A stretch of 64,000 nt of DNA, from the NCBI RefSeq assembly GCF_006345805.1, contig NC_043005.1, positions 80,104,001 to 80,168,000 of the forward strand, read 5' to 3'. The first letter of the stretch is position 1, and every line of letters begins with the position of its first letter. The position numbers and the translations under genes are program-made. This DNA is from Octopus sinensis (taxonomy: Eukaryota). The notes beneath the pieces are model-generated. The model did not search any database. It was not told where the DNA came from and worked only from the letters and a program-made list of their open reading frames with translations. Of the stretch, positions 52,229 through 64,000 are shown in pieces.

Positions 52229-52273
52229 ATGATCAGAGTCACTCATTCCTGAATGAATCTATAGTACAAGTGG
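52229..52273 (+). CDS. Candidate 45-nt symmetric exon (DQSHSFLNESIVQV)
   Basis: Acceptor 'ttcacttgttag|', donor 'gtgg|gtgagt', one open frame, phase 1-1. Confidence 0.18.
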
Positions 52274-52948
52274 GTGAGTAATCCACGAAGCCAGCGCACT
52301 CGTCGCATAATTCTCGGACAGAATCGGAGTGGGACAAGTCCGTATCCTTTTGAATTTAGAATGTAATCTTTCCGAGACTCAGACACAGTTTTTCTTCAAT
52401 TTTTCTCAAGACGTATAGCTTTATCCAACAGTATAAAATAGATAGGTATTCAAGATGTCCGGCAATAAGACCGAAATCGAGACGTCTGGTCAGCAAAGTA
52501 AACATCACAATCACTTGGTCTTACTGTGTCTACAAAGCAATCTGACGAGTCAATTTAAAGAAAATTAGACATGTAATTCATACAGGCATTCTTATACACA
52601 CATACACATACATAGATATATGCATATGCATATTTATGCATCTCTCATCTCATAACAACAATACGGCACAATTATTTCACCTCAATTGGCCCCACTCTCT
52701 AACATTACACCAAAACATTAAAACAGAACTGACCCTATAGGTTCAAGAAGTCTTTGACAGATTCCTTCAAGAAATCCCGGAAAAACCCCCTACACCGATA
52801 TGTCTCTGTAAACAATAACTCTCTACTTGAGTGGGCATAGTGCCCAATTCTGACTTGAAAGACTTCACCAGGTGGTGCTATAAGTTAGACATGGCCTGGG
52901 CCAATAATGGCCGAACACTATCAAAGTATCAAAGTATATATATATATC

Positions 52949-53005
<57 letters not shown>

Positions 53006-53072
53006 ATAATATATATATGTATGTGTGTGTATAGATATAGATATATGTATTTATATGTATGTATATGTCATA

Positions 53073-53125
<53 letters not shown>

Positions 53126-53371
53126 ATCTATGTATATATATCTATATATATATATATATTTATATAATGTATACCGATAGATAAACAGATGAAAGATAGA
53201 TAGATCGATAGATAGGCAGATAGATAGATACACACACACATAAGGATGAGAATATAAATATACTTACCTATTGATGTATTTCTCTGTATGCATAGTTATG
53301 TAAATATACGCACAGACGTACAATTATGCACATACACACACACACTCACATATCCATCCATCCATCCATCG

Positions 53372-53419
<48 letters not shown>

Positions 53420-53467
53420 ATATATATAAATATGTATATATATAAATATGTATATGTATATATATAA

Positions 53468-53526
<59 letters not shown>

Positions 53527-54076
53527 ATGTGTTTTTAAAACTTGCATAGAGATTGATTAAAAAATAATGTAGTGAGTGCTTAACACAATTCCAGCTGTTT
53601 ATATTAAAATATTTTCATTATGAGCTAAAATAAACGAATTCAGCACAAAATAGAACAGAAAAAAGCAAAAATTACAATAATTCAGTAAAAGAAGAATATG
53701 CGTGCGCGTATATCTGTATGTGTGTGTGTGTGTGTGCGTGTGTGTTTTAAAATATGAGCAATATTGTTTGTAAATATAAAAAATATAAGGGACAAAAAAA
53801 CAGCTAACTGCGGACGTTTTGCTATAGAAAGACATGAAAATACATAGTCTTCTATCTTATACATTAGCCTGTGTTTGTGAGTGTATTAATATATGCATAT
53901 AGTGTTTACGTATATAAAAATTTTATATAGTGTGTGTATGTTAGTGTAGTTACATATTTATAGTGTCTAAGCGTGCGTATATATATGTGTATATATATAT
54001 ATATATATATGTATATATTATATATATATGTATATATGTATATATATGTATGTGTATATATGTATATATATGTTTG

Positions 54077-54121
<45 letters not shown>

Positions 54122-54558
54122 TATATATATATTATGTATATCTATATATTATGTATATATAATATATACATTGCATGTGTGTGAGTATTTATATATGTAC
54201 AGTGTAGGTGTATTTTTATGTGTAAGGCGTATGCGTGTAGTTATTTTTGTATATGATGTATATATTTTATATGTATAATGTGTATGAGTGTGTATTTATA
54301 CCTTTATTTCTATAGAGTGTGTATTTGTATTAGATGTATACTGCGTGTGTGTATATGCATGTATGTATGTGTGTTTGTGTGAACACATATGCAATAATAA
54401 ACGAAATTTTGTCAACGTATAATTATACTGTTATATAAACATAGATTTGCATATAAGCATGGTCATACGCACAAATACGCATATATACGTATTTATATGC
54501 ACACACACAAGTGCATATACACACACATTTATGCGTATGCATATATATATATATATAT

Positions 54559-54603
<45 letters not shown>

Positions 54604-55124
54604 TTTACATTTATATATATATGTATGTATAAGTATATATAATATATATATAATATATACACATACACAAATATATATATATATATATATATATACAGTT
54701 ATTTATATGTGTATGTGTATATGCACATACATTCATACGTGCAAGCAGGCACACACATATATATGTATGTACACATACATAATATATACGTATGTCTGTG
54801 TCTGTGCATGAGTGTAGGTATACGCAACAACGAAATAATTTGCATAGATATACATACGATATAAGCATTGCCTATACATATGTATTCAGATGTTTATGCA
54901 TGTAGCGGTTAGTTACTTGTAAGTTTGCACATAAAATATGCATATATTTATTATTCAAATACCATCCCCATTCATTGATCGCTCTTAAGTGAAGCTATGT
55001 CGTATCTGGAACTTAATATTCTATCACGAATTTATTAGCATAGGAGCAGACATTGTATAGAGTGAATAATTACCTACACATAATCATAGTCATACAGACA
55101 CACACACATATTCACGCACACACA

Positions 55125-55173
<49 letters not shown>

Positions 55174-55303
55174 AGACACACAGACAAGCACGCACACACG
55201 CATATGTTTAGAAGTATATGTGTGTGTATATATGCACCCACAATACATTTTATATACGTGTATGTATATGTATTATACATACATATATATATGTGTATAT
55301 ATG

Positions 55304-55376
<73 letters not shown>

Positions 55377-55431
55377 CATACATATATATATGTGTATATA
55401 TGTATATATATATATATATATATATAGTATA

Positions 55432-55462
<31 letters not shown>

Positions 55463-56113
55463 CTGTGTGTGTGTGTGTGTGTATGTATATATGTACATAT
55501 ATATATATATATACTATGTTTGAGTTTGTTTCACTCATTGGACTGCAACCATCCTAGTGTACCGCCTTGCACGGTGTAACCGAGCAAATCGACCACATGA
55601 CTTCCTTGTAAGCCTGGTAGTTATCCTACTGATATCTTTTGGTAAACCGTTATATTCTGTGGAGTTAAGCAAACCAGCACCGGTTTTCATACACATAAAG
55701 TATGACTTAGACACACAGAGATATATACATTCTGTTACTGTATAGACACAGGCGCCGATGTATCGTAAGAAGTCAGCATCTCAGTCATGTGTTTCCGAGT
55801 GGCTCCTTTCAGTTCATACCTCTAGGTATAGTAGAATAGAGTTGCCCAATGTTCCATGCAATGGGACTGATCCATGACCGGATCTATGTTGTTGGAAAGT
55901 TAGCTTTTCATGGAGAAATTTTGTTGAACACAAGTTAACATAGCTTGTTCCCTACATACGTTTCAACATTGTGTTCTTTTGTAACGTCTGCATTGGATGT
56001 TCGAAGTGACTAGCAGCCATGTGTGTGTGTATGTGTGTGTGTGTGCGTGCGTGTGTATACACATACATACACAAGCACACACACACAACACACACACACA
56101 CACACACACACAC

Positions 56114-56146
<33 letters not shown>

Positions 56147-56362
56147 TTATATATAACAGCCGACAACTGATGAAGGGTCTATCTTTGAGTTGTTTGTCTT
56201 GTTTTCCATTGTTTCTTTCGTTGTTCGCAAAAAATATTCATATTCCATGTCCTCGTACTTCATATTTTTTTTCGCTTACGGTTTTGGACGTTTTGTCCCC
56301 ACTTATGCATATATATATATATATATACGTATACATGTATGTATGTACGTATACGTATTTAT

Positions 56363-56425
<63 letters not shown>

Positions 56426-56790
56426 ACTAATTACCTTTCGACCATTACTACCCCAGGTCATGTCTAAGCTATTAGCCTCACATGACGAAGTCATTTATGC
56501 TATATATTACGATATCAGAGTCCAATTTAGCAGGCAGTTGTTGATCGAAATGTACTCTGATATCGATAGTTTGTTGGTATTTATTGAACTAAATTTCCCC
56601 GGTACAGTATAAATCTTGGGAGATCTTTATTAACGTTGATTTTCTTCAGGATAAATTTGAATAAAGCAGAATCAGTAGATTGAAAACATTGTGTGGCCGT
56701 GTTATTATGCGAATTTGATATTTGCAAGGAGTGACTGACACGGGACTCTGGTATAGGGAATTTGTAACCTTCTTACAGGTATCATTTACA

Positions 56791-57047
56791 CCGGTGGTTC
56801 CGAACCGGGGGTCGATATGACCCTTATCGGTCCATACGCTCATTGGAGATCCACTTAAGCTTTCTTTGTTAAAATTTGTGTGCAGTAAATTGGTTATTTA
56901 CTCAAAATATTTAAATATTTTTTATACAATTTCTCATAAATGTTAAGGATAAAAATATGGTAGGATTTTTTAAACATCGAAAACCTATGAGGGTCCAGGA
57001 GAATAAAATACGAATGAAAGGAGTTCATTGGTTAATAGAATGTTGCT
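56791..57047. mobile_element. Degenerate hAT-type MITE (tentative)
   Basis: Starts 'ccggtggttccgaaccgggggtc', resembling a CAGTGGTTCCCAAC hAT terminus; the right end is decayed. Confidence 0.4.
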
Positions 57048-57249
57048 GCTGTTTTAATGCAATGTGTTAATGGAATGTTGCTCTTCTGATCGCTACATAT
57101 CTTGTAGTAGTCTCTCGTCCGCATAAACGAGTGTTTGAACTTTTCAAAACGTTCCTTGTGACCAAGCCCCGTAATACCATCTATTTATGTATTCATTGTT
57201 TATTAACTTTGTAATTGACCACTGTGAGGTTTCAATTCTCATTTTCATT

Positions 57250-57259
57250 TTCGTGTGTG

Positions 57260-57295
<36 letters not shown>

Positions 57296-57530
57296 CGTCT
57301 TTGTGCTCGTATTTGTCCTCCGCAACCGCTTGGCAACCGATGCACAATTAGGTCATCGTAATCGAGCGAATTGGTAAAAGAGACCGATAGAAAAAGAAGC
57401 AGATTTTACAAAAAGAAAAAAAAACATTAATTAATAAATAAACAATCCTTGGGTCGATTCGTTCGACTAAAATTATTTCAAGGTGGTGCCCCAGCATGGC
57501 TGCAGTCTAATTGCTGAAAAAAGTGAAAGA
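57250..57530 (+). mobile_element. SINE family 2, 3' half
   Basis: TG repeat, then 'aagagaccgatag', then 'ggtggtgccccagcatggctgcagtc'. Confidence 0.75.
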
Positions 57531-57944
57531 TGAAGGATAATCTGTGACCAGAGATTAATCTAGAGATTAGCTAGAGGCGATACAACCAGTGTTTAATTTC
57601 TTTAGGACAATAGCTGAAAGATTAAGTAAACTATTGCGATATGATGCTGAGGAGCGAAGGATTTTATTTAAAAAATTTTTTATATAATATTCAGCATTCA
57701 AAGTATTTAACTTACTTGTTTTATCTAAATTTATCTTTCTTCTTTTTTCGATCAATCAATAATTATATTTTCAATTTATAAGATAACAGCTTTTAATATA
57801 TTCTATGATTTTGCTTTTCTACTGATTTCTATCTTTTTTTCTTTCTTTCTTACCTGTAAAATATAATTTCTCCAGATTTTTTTTGTTCATAACTCTTTTT
57901 TCACAGATTTACCAATAACAGTTTTCTACCTAGCTACCCATCTA

Positions 57945-57957
57945 TCTATCTATCTAC

Positions 57958-58039
<82 letters not shown>

Positions 58040-58080
58040 GTCTATCTATCTATCTGCCTATCTATCTGCCTATCTATCTA
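57945..58080. repeat. (TATC)n microsatellite without an adjacent LINE
   Basis: Directly visible. Confidence 0.95.
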
Positions 58081-58230
58081 GACACACATATATATATGCA
58101 CGTATATGCTTATATACACACACACACATATATATATATATATAGTTATGGATATATGTTAAATATAGATATGTATATATATGTTAAATATATATGTATG
58201 TATATATATGTGTGTGTGAGTTAAATATAT

Positions 58231-58330
<100 letters not shown>

Positions 58331-58680
58331 ATTATATATATATATATATATTTATATTTAACAAAGGCGGCTATATGCTAAACATAATCAAAAAAGAAAA
58401 AAAAATCAGTTGTCACTAATCGTCACTGACACTGAAGAGTAGTACCTACATTACTAGAAGTAAGAGCTAGAATCTACTAAATCCGCAAGAAATGTCTTAT
58501 GCACTGACAGAGAGGGAGATCATCAAACATGTCTAATTTCACTTTGAATTAAATGCTTGTCAATGATGACTATTCCATCTCTGAATAGTTTGGCTAAATC
58601 ACGACTGTTTCATTTTAACATGTAAGGGAAATAATCCATTCGCCCAGATTATATATATATATATATATATATACATATAT

Positions 58681-58915
58681 GCATGGGGTGGATGCAGATG
58701 TCTTTAAAATAAAATTGGATCTCTTCCTGTCAGGTGTCCCAGATGAACCAACTTCACGGCAGGAGGTGCAGATGAGAGCAGCTGCATCAAACTCTCTCGC
58801 GCACCATATGTCAATTGCTAAAAATCATTCGTGAAGTAAAATCATGTAACAACACCGAATGGCGGTGCTCCAGCATGACCACAGCTCGTGAGTTGAAACT
58901 AGATAAAATAAAATA
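58681..58915 (+). mobile_element. CR1-like LINE extreme 3' end
   Basis: HGVDADVFKIKLDLFLSGVPDEPTSRQEVQMRAAASNSL, then tail 'ggcggtgctccagcatgaccacagc...ttgaaactagataaaataaaa'. Confidence 0.85.
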
Positions 58916-58934
58916 GATAAAAAAATAAATAAAA

Positions 58935-59029
<95 letters not shown>

Positions 59030-59290
59030 TATATATATAATATATATATATATATAACACTCCTGGTCACAACCTGGGACTTTGAGACTGCTATAATGCA
59101 AGAAAGTATACTAGTCCCTTAAATTTAATATTGTATATTTTATATTCAATATTTTATCAATTCAATAAAACAATGCTTCATTTTATTTTACTATATATAC
59201 ATATATTATTTTATACTATATATTCTATATTCTACATTAATATTATAAAGAATATAAGACATAAAAAACAGACAGTGTGGAATTTCTTTG

Positions 59291-59327
<37 letters not shown>

Positions 59328-59574
59328 CTTTATGTATATGTGAGAGTGTGTGTGCGTTCGTGTATATATATATACATGTACATACACACACACACGCACT
59401 TATAATGCGACAGTAAATACTTTTTAGTTTGTAAGTTATTGGGTTTCTGCAATCTTCGATGAAACTTGTCACTCCTGTACGTTCATGAAATTCGCACCAA
59501 AATATAGTTCCAGTTCGATCCCACTCAGCGACAACCAGATTATGTGTCTTCCGCCCTGCTTAGTTTCATCTTAG

Positions 59575-60478
59575 TGTGCGACGGGGCTTGTCGATTACAT
59601 CGAATCTAATGCTCAACTGGTAGTGATTTTATCAACCCTGAAAGGATGAAAGGCGAAGTCGACTTCGGATAAGTATGAACCCAGATCGTAAAGACGGACC
59701 AAATGTTGCTAAGAATTTTGCTCGTTGCGGTGTCCATTCTGTCAGCTCGCCACCTTAAATAAAAAATTAATATTGGTTTCAATTTTTGGTACAAGATCAG
59801 CAGTTTTGGGGTAGGCCGTAGATTCGCCATCTTCTATAGGAAGAATTAATACTGAAGTACAGTGACTTGCACAGTCTATGTGGCGATAACTTTTCCTGTA
59901 ATGTTTGATAACTTCAAAGCGGCTTGGTGCTAGAATCGGTAACGAACAAAATGTTTAGGGACATCTCTTCGACATCTACGCTCTGCGTTCAAATTCCGCC
60001 GTGGTCGACTTTGCCCTTCATTCTCTCGCGGGTTCGATAAAATGAAGTACCAATTGTCGATGCAAGCGACTAGCCTCCTCTCCCAAAATTTCAGGCCTTT
60101 ATAATAAATGTGTGTATACGTCGGACGATCAACCGTTGTCACCGAATAAAATTTAGCTCATGTACAGACATACCATTTCGCATGAGTGACAGGATCAGTA
60201 TCATCTCAGAATCATGCTTCGAGTTCTTCTGGAATGATTCGACTTAGTGTATACATTTTCGAAGATGCAGAATATGGCTGAATCATTGGTATGCCGTACA
60301 AAATATTGAGCAGCATTACTTCCCGTTGTATTTTATGAGTTTAAATTCCTACGAGGTCGACTTTGCCTTTCATCCTTTCGTAGGCCGATGAAATAAAGAA
60401 CTAGCCGAGTATTGGAGTTGATGTAATTGCCTATCCCTCTTTCCCAAATTCATAGGTCTTCCAACTAGTGTAGAAAGA
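59575..60478. mobile_element. Three SINE family 3 copies (59575-59820 -, 59925-60105 +, 60340-60478 +)
   Basis: Each carries 'gtcgactttgcc.ttcat.ct...gataaaat.aag'. Confidence 0.75.
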
Positions 60479-60607
60479 AACAAAATATATCATGATTTCC
60501 GTTTTCGTTTAGAGTTCAATAAAATCGAGAGCAATCAAACATTGGAAGTGACTGAATTTAAGAAGCCTGACATCTCTAATGCTTGTTTGTTGTATGAACA
60601 ATGGAGA

Positions 60608-60831
60608 TTAATTTTGTTGTTGGTACTTCTGCATCTGCCATTCTTGGTGTTCATTATCTCGCTCTTCCTTCTTATACAGCAAGTACTTTTCCCATGCTAA
60701 CGAGAGGGCGTCGATTGGGTCAGTGGTTCCGCTAGATAGAGGCGTGAAACCACATTCGGATGGTACGGTTACACCTTTAGAAATTGTAGATGTGGGATAA
60801 AATAATGTTTTCTGACGAAAGTTAGTAACAT
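60608..60831 (-). CDS. Candidate (terminal?) coding exon: VTNFRQKTLFYPTSTISKGVTVPSECGFTPLSSGTTDPIDALSLAWEKYLLYKKEERDNEHQEWQMQKYQQQN*
   Basis: Strong acceptor 'atatcattttccag|'. Non-repetitive, protein-like composition, 74-codon open frame. No family recognised. Confidence 0.3.
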
Positions 60832-61311
60832 CTGGAAAATGATATTTCAATATAGTTATGATAACTGACCGGAATTAATTCTCCACCAACTATATCAACT
60901 ATAACAAAAACAGCAACAACAACTACTACTACTGCTGCTACCATTACCACCACCACCAACAACAACCTATTGGGTATTAATAATGATTTTCACTTTACCA
61001 CACGGCGACACATTTTTCAGATATATGATATAGATTTAATCGACCAGAGTGACTTACTTTTAACTTCCTATATATCAACTATTATTTGTATTGTTTCAAC
61101 GCAAAGTGTATTTCGGCAGAATTCGAACTCGAAAACAGAGTGGTGCAGCCTATTTCATGTGGCTGTAATAAACTCTTACGACATTCAATGTTAGAAATGG
61201 GAGTTTTAAACGTTCACTATACTGACTTATGCATTTTTTCTGTGAACTGCTTCCTATTTCACTGAATTTAAAATTCAGAGTCCAATTTCTGACCTAAATA
61301 ATATTTGCAAA

Positions 61312-61447
61312 TGTGGTTTAGTAAGAATTCCCAACCACATGGTTCCAGGTTCAATTCCACTTGGGCAAGTGTCTTCTACTATAGCCTCGAGCCGGCCAAA
61401 ACCTTGTGAGTCGGTTTACTAGACGAAACTGAAAGAAGCTCGTCGCG

Positions 61448-61450
<3 letters not shown>
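61312..61450 (+). mobile_element. SINE family 2, 5' half
   Basis: 'ccaaccacatggttccaggttc...gggcaagtgtcttctactatagcctcg...gaaactgaaagaagc'. Confidence 0.8.
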
Positions 61451-61497
<47 letters not shown>

Positions 61498-61500
<3 letters not shown>

Positions 61501-62027
61501 AAATAAGAAAATGGAGAAATACATCTAAATCAAATATCAATATCAAGATGTTGTGTCTCGGGCGGAGGCCGCTTGGGCGAATTATTGTCGAGCCGCGGTT
61601 GTGGTCTCAATCGGAGAGCGGGTTCTCTTAAAATAGAATTCTTCAGATGGACTGTTTCTACTTGGTGAAGGGATTCACTCTAACAGCGTGGTTCTGTGAA
61701 GTTTGTGTGTACATGTCTGAAGTGGACGATGGTGATGGCGCTTTGAAGTTGGTACAATGATATACTTATCTACGTGGCCGAAACAGCTGTAAGATGTAAT
61801 CTATATTTATATTTATATTTACTTATATTTATATTCTCTTATATATATTCTACTTATTGTATAACATTACTCTTTTATGTACGCTTCTTTATGTACACTG
61901 TTTTGTTCTACTTTTTTATGTTTAACCCTATAGTTTCTTATGTGGTGGTTTAATAAAGTATGTGATTGAGTACTATCGGGTAATTGATGTTTGATTTAGA
62001 TGTATTTCTCCATTTTCTTATTTTGTA
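61498..62027. mobile_element. Non-autonomous element bounded by ~45-bp inverted repeats, containing a decayed hammerhead
   Basis: tacaaaataagaaaatggagaaatacatctaaatcaaa(t/c)atcaat at the left end and its reverse complement at the right end (1 mismatch). Confidence 0.75.
61710..61798 (+). ncRNA. Degenerate type I hammerhead motif
   Basis: tacatgt-CTGAAGT-ggac...ggcc-GAAAC-agct-GTA-agatgta. Palindromic stem III (acagctgt). A9 is changed, and stems I and II each have one mismatch. Confidence 0.5.
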
Positions 62028-62224
62028 TTATGAATTTGTGGTAAAACATTTTACCTTTGCCCATATAATACAGTAAATGAATTGATTGCATCGCAATCCT
62101 TAACATTTATGTATTAACCTTGTTGGGTACTTCACTAGCAGTATATTGGATATATGTTATCCCATGGAGGGTTGCATTTACAACCCCTATCTCAATTTGT
62201 ATATATATATATATATATATATAT

Positions 62225-62292
<68 letters not shown>

Positions 62293-63359
62293 GTATATAT
62301 ATATTATGTGCGTGTGAGCGTGTGAGCGTGTGTGTTTACATTTGAAGCTGTCTTTAGGTGATAGGTGTTTTCACATTTCTGGCATCTATTCACTCTGCCC
62401 TGTATTAATGCCCGAAATTGCTGCCCACTTGGGATTTAAATGTTGTCGAGAATCCTATGTAGTGTCTCAGTTTTCAACTGAAGCATGGTCCCCCACCAAC
62501 TTTTCTTTAGTTTCTTTTTTTTTTTGTTTTTAGTTCTATAAGATTTTTTCAAGACAACGCATTTAACCAAAAATCTGGTTTTCAGTTTAACCTTAATAAT
62601 TCTTCATTCTGTTGAAATTGTTATGCATACACATGTCACAAATCTACTTCGGACGATCAACTATAGTTACTAAATAAAATTTATCTCATGCACAGACATA
62701 CCGTTTCGCATGATTGACAGGATCAGTATCATCTCTGATGCTTAAGAATCATGCTTTGACTTCTTCTGGAATGATTCGACTTAGTCTATACCTTTTCGAA
62801 GATGTAGAACAGTATGCTAGCGTTCTAGCTATTTACTCTAGAAGCCTGGGTGTTTCAATGAGTTTAACGTTTCTACGGAAGCTGCTTATGCAACTTGTTA
62901 GCAACTTGTTCCAAATACAGGTGATTTTAGTCGAATGGGAGTAAATCAAATGTGTTTGCAGTATCCGCAAAGAAGGGAGACCTTTCCGTTCTTCTACCGC
63001 AGCAGTTATTATTTTTATTGCTGTTGCTGTCACTTCTTATTACTACGTAGAGGCATTGGCTCCATTGTTATTATTACAGTTTGTTGCTAACGCAGTGGTA
63101 GCAGTGAGAATGACTTCGTTCCTTTCCGCTGATGATGGTGCGGTGTTTTCTTCTTATCTGCAATTCTGTTTAGCACATCATCGTTGCTGCTACTCTTTCT
63201 GCTGCTATTGTTGCTTATACAGTTGCTCTTCATTACAATGGCTTTGGATTTGTGTAAATGGGAGGATTTTATTATGAACAGCAATTTCACGTTCATGATC
63301 ACATCCCATTTTCATTTCTTCCTGGCCAACAAAATAGAGAGCATAGATTCCACCTTAGA

Positions 63360-63360
<1 letters not shown>

Positions 63361-63450
<90 letters not shown>

Positions 63451-63541
63451 CAACAACAACAACAACAATAATAATAATAATAATGATAAAAATAATAATA
63501 GTAATAATAATAATGATGATGATGATAATAATAATAATAGC

Positions 63542-63582
<41 letters not shown>

Positions 63583-63637
63583 TAAAAATAATAATAGTAA
63601 TAATAATAATGATGATGATGATAATAATAATAATAGC

Positions 63638-63687
<50 letters not shown>

Positions 63688-63696
63688 TAATAATTA
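63361..63696. repeat. (AAT)n/(GAT)n/(AAC)n compound microsatellite with an internal ~100-bp duplication
   Basis: Block 'gataaaaataataatagtaataataataatgatgatgatgataataataataatagcaat' occurs twice. Confidence 0.93.
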
Positions 63697-63699
63697 CTG

Positions 63700-64000
63700 T
63701 GGCATTTTCCAAGGTGACTCACTTTCACCTCTAATTTCTTGCATAACCCTTATACCACTCACAAGTGAACATATCAGAACAGGGTGTAGGTATAAAATTG
63801 ACGACCAGAAAATAGACAATCTATTTCACATGGATGACTTAAAATGCCATGGCAAAGAAGACGATAATGAGCTTGAAGGTCTGTTACGTATTATGAAAGC
63901 ATTCAGTGATGACACCGGGACGAAATTTAGTCTTGATAAATGTGCCAAGGTCACTTTCCAGAAAGGGAAATCGGAGATCTTACATTCACTGGTGTTAGAT
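63700..64000 (+). mobile_element. R4/Dong-like reverse transcriptase fragment starting directly after (AAT)n
   Basis: GIFQGDSLSPL...LFHMDDLK...ELEGLLRIMKAFSDDTGTKFSLDKCAKVTF. Runs off the end of the window. Confidence 0.9.

Noticed and set aside
57606-57690. Plus-strand exon candidate TIAERLSKLLRYDAEERR...
   Set aside because: It has a good acceptor but hits TAA after 26 codons with no good donor. It is only viable if the A/T homopolymers are miscalled.

Overview
Eukaryotic (animal) genomic DNA that is AT-rich and saturated with microsatellites and transposons. The SINE families and repeat density suggest a coleoid cephalopod, probably Octopus (inference). I recognise no complete host gene. 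Nearly all listed ORFs are microsatellite translations or transposon fragments. Recognisable content: (i) three copies of a GC-rich Tx1/L1-type LINE plus stacked 3'-UTR fragments, closely tied to (TATC)n arrays; (ii) R4/Dong-like RLE retrotransposon pieces and a ~550-bp non-coding partner element, tied to (AAT)n arrays; (iii) CR1-like LINE 3' ends whose tail is shared with one SINE family; (iv) a full-length, disrupted mariner with perfect 37-bp TIRs, other mariner and DD37D (maT-like) remnants, and a Gypsy gag/PBS remnant; (v) non-autonomous Helitrons; (vi) three tRNA-derived SINE families; (vii) Penelope-type non-autonomous repeats carrying several hammerhead-ribozyme motifs, one almost intact. 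There is also a 100-N scaffold gap, two ~0.8-kb tandem duplications that differ almost only by indels, and a 336-bp palindrome; the last three may be long-read assembly artefacts. A few isolated exon-like segments are reported at low confidence.
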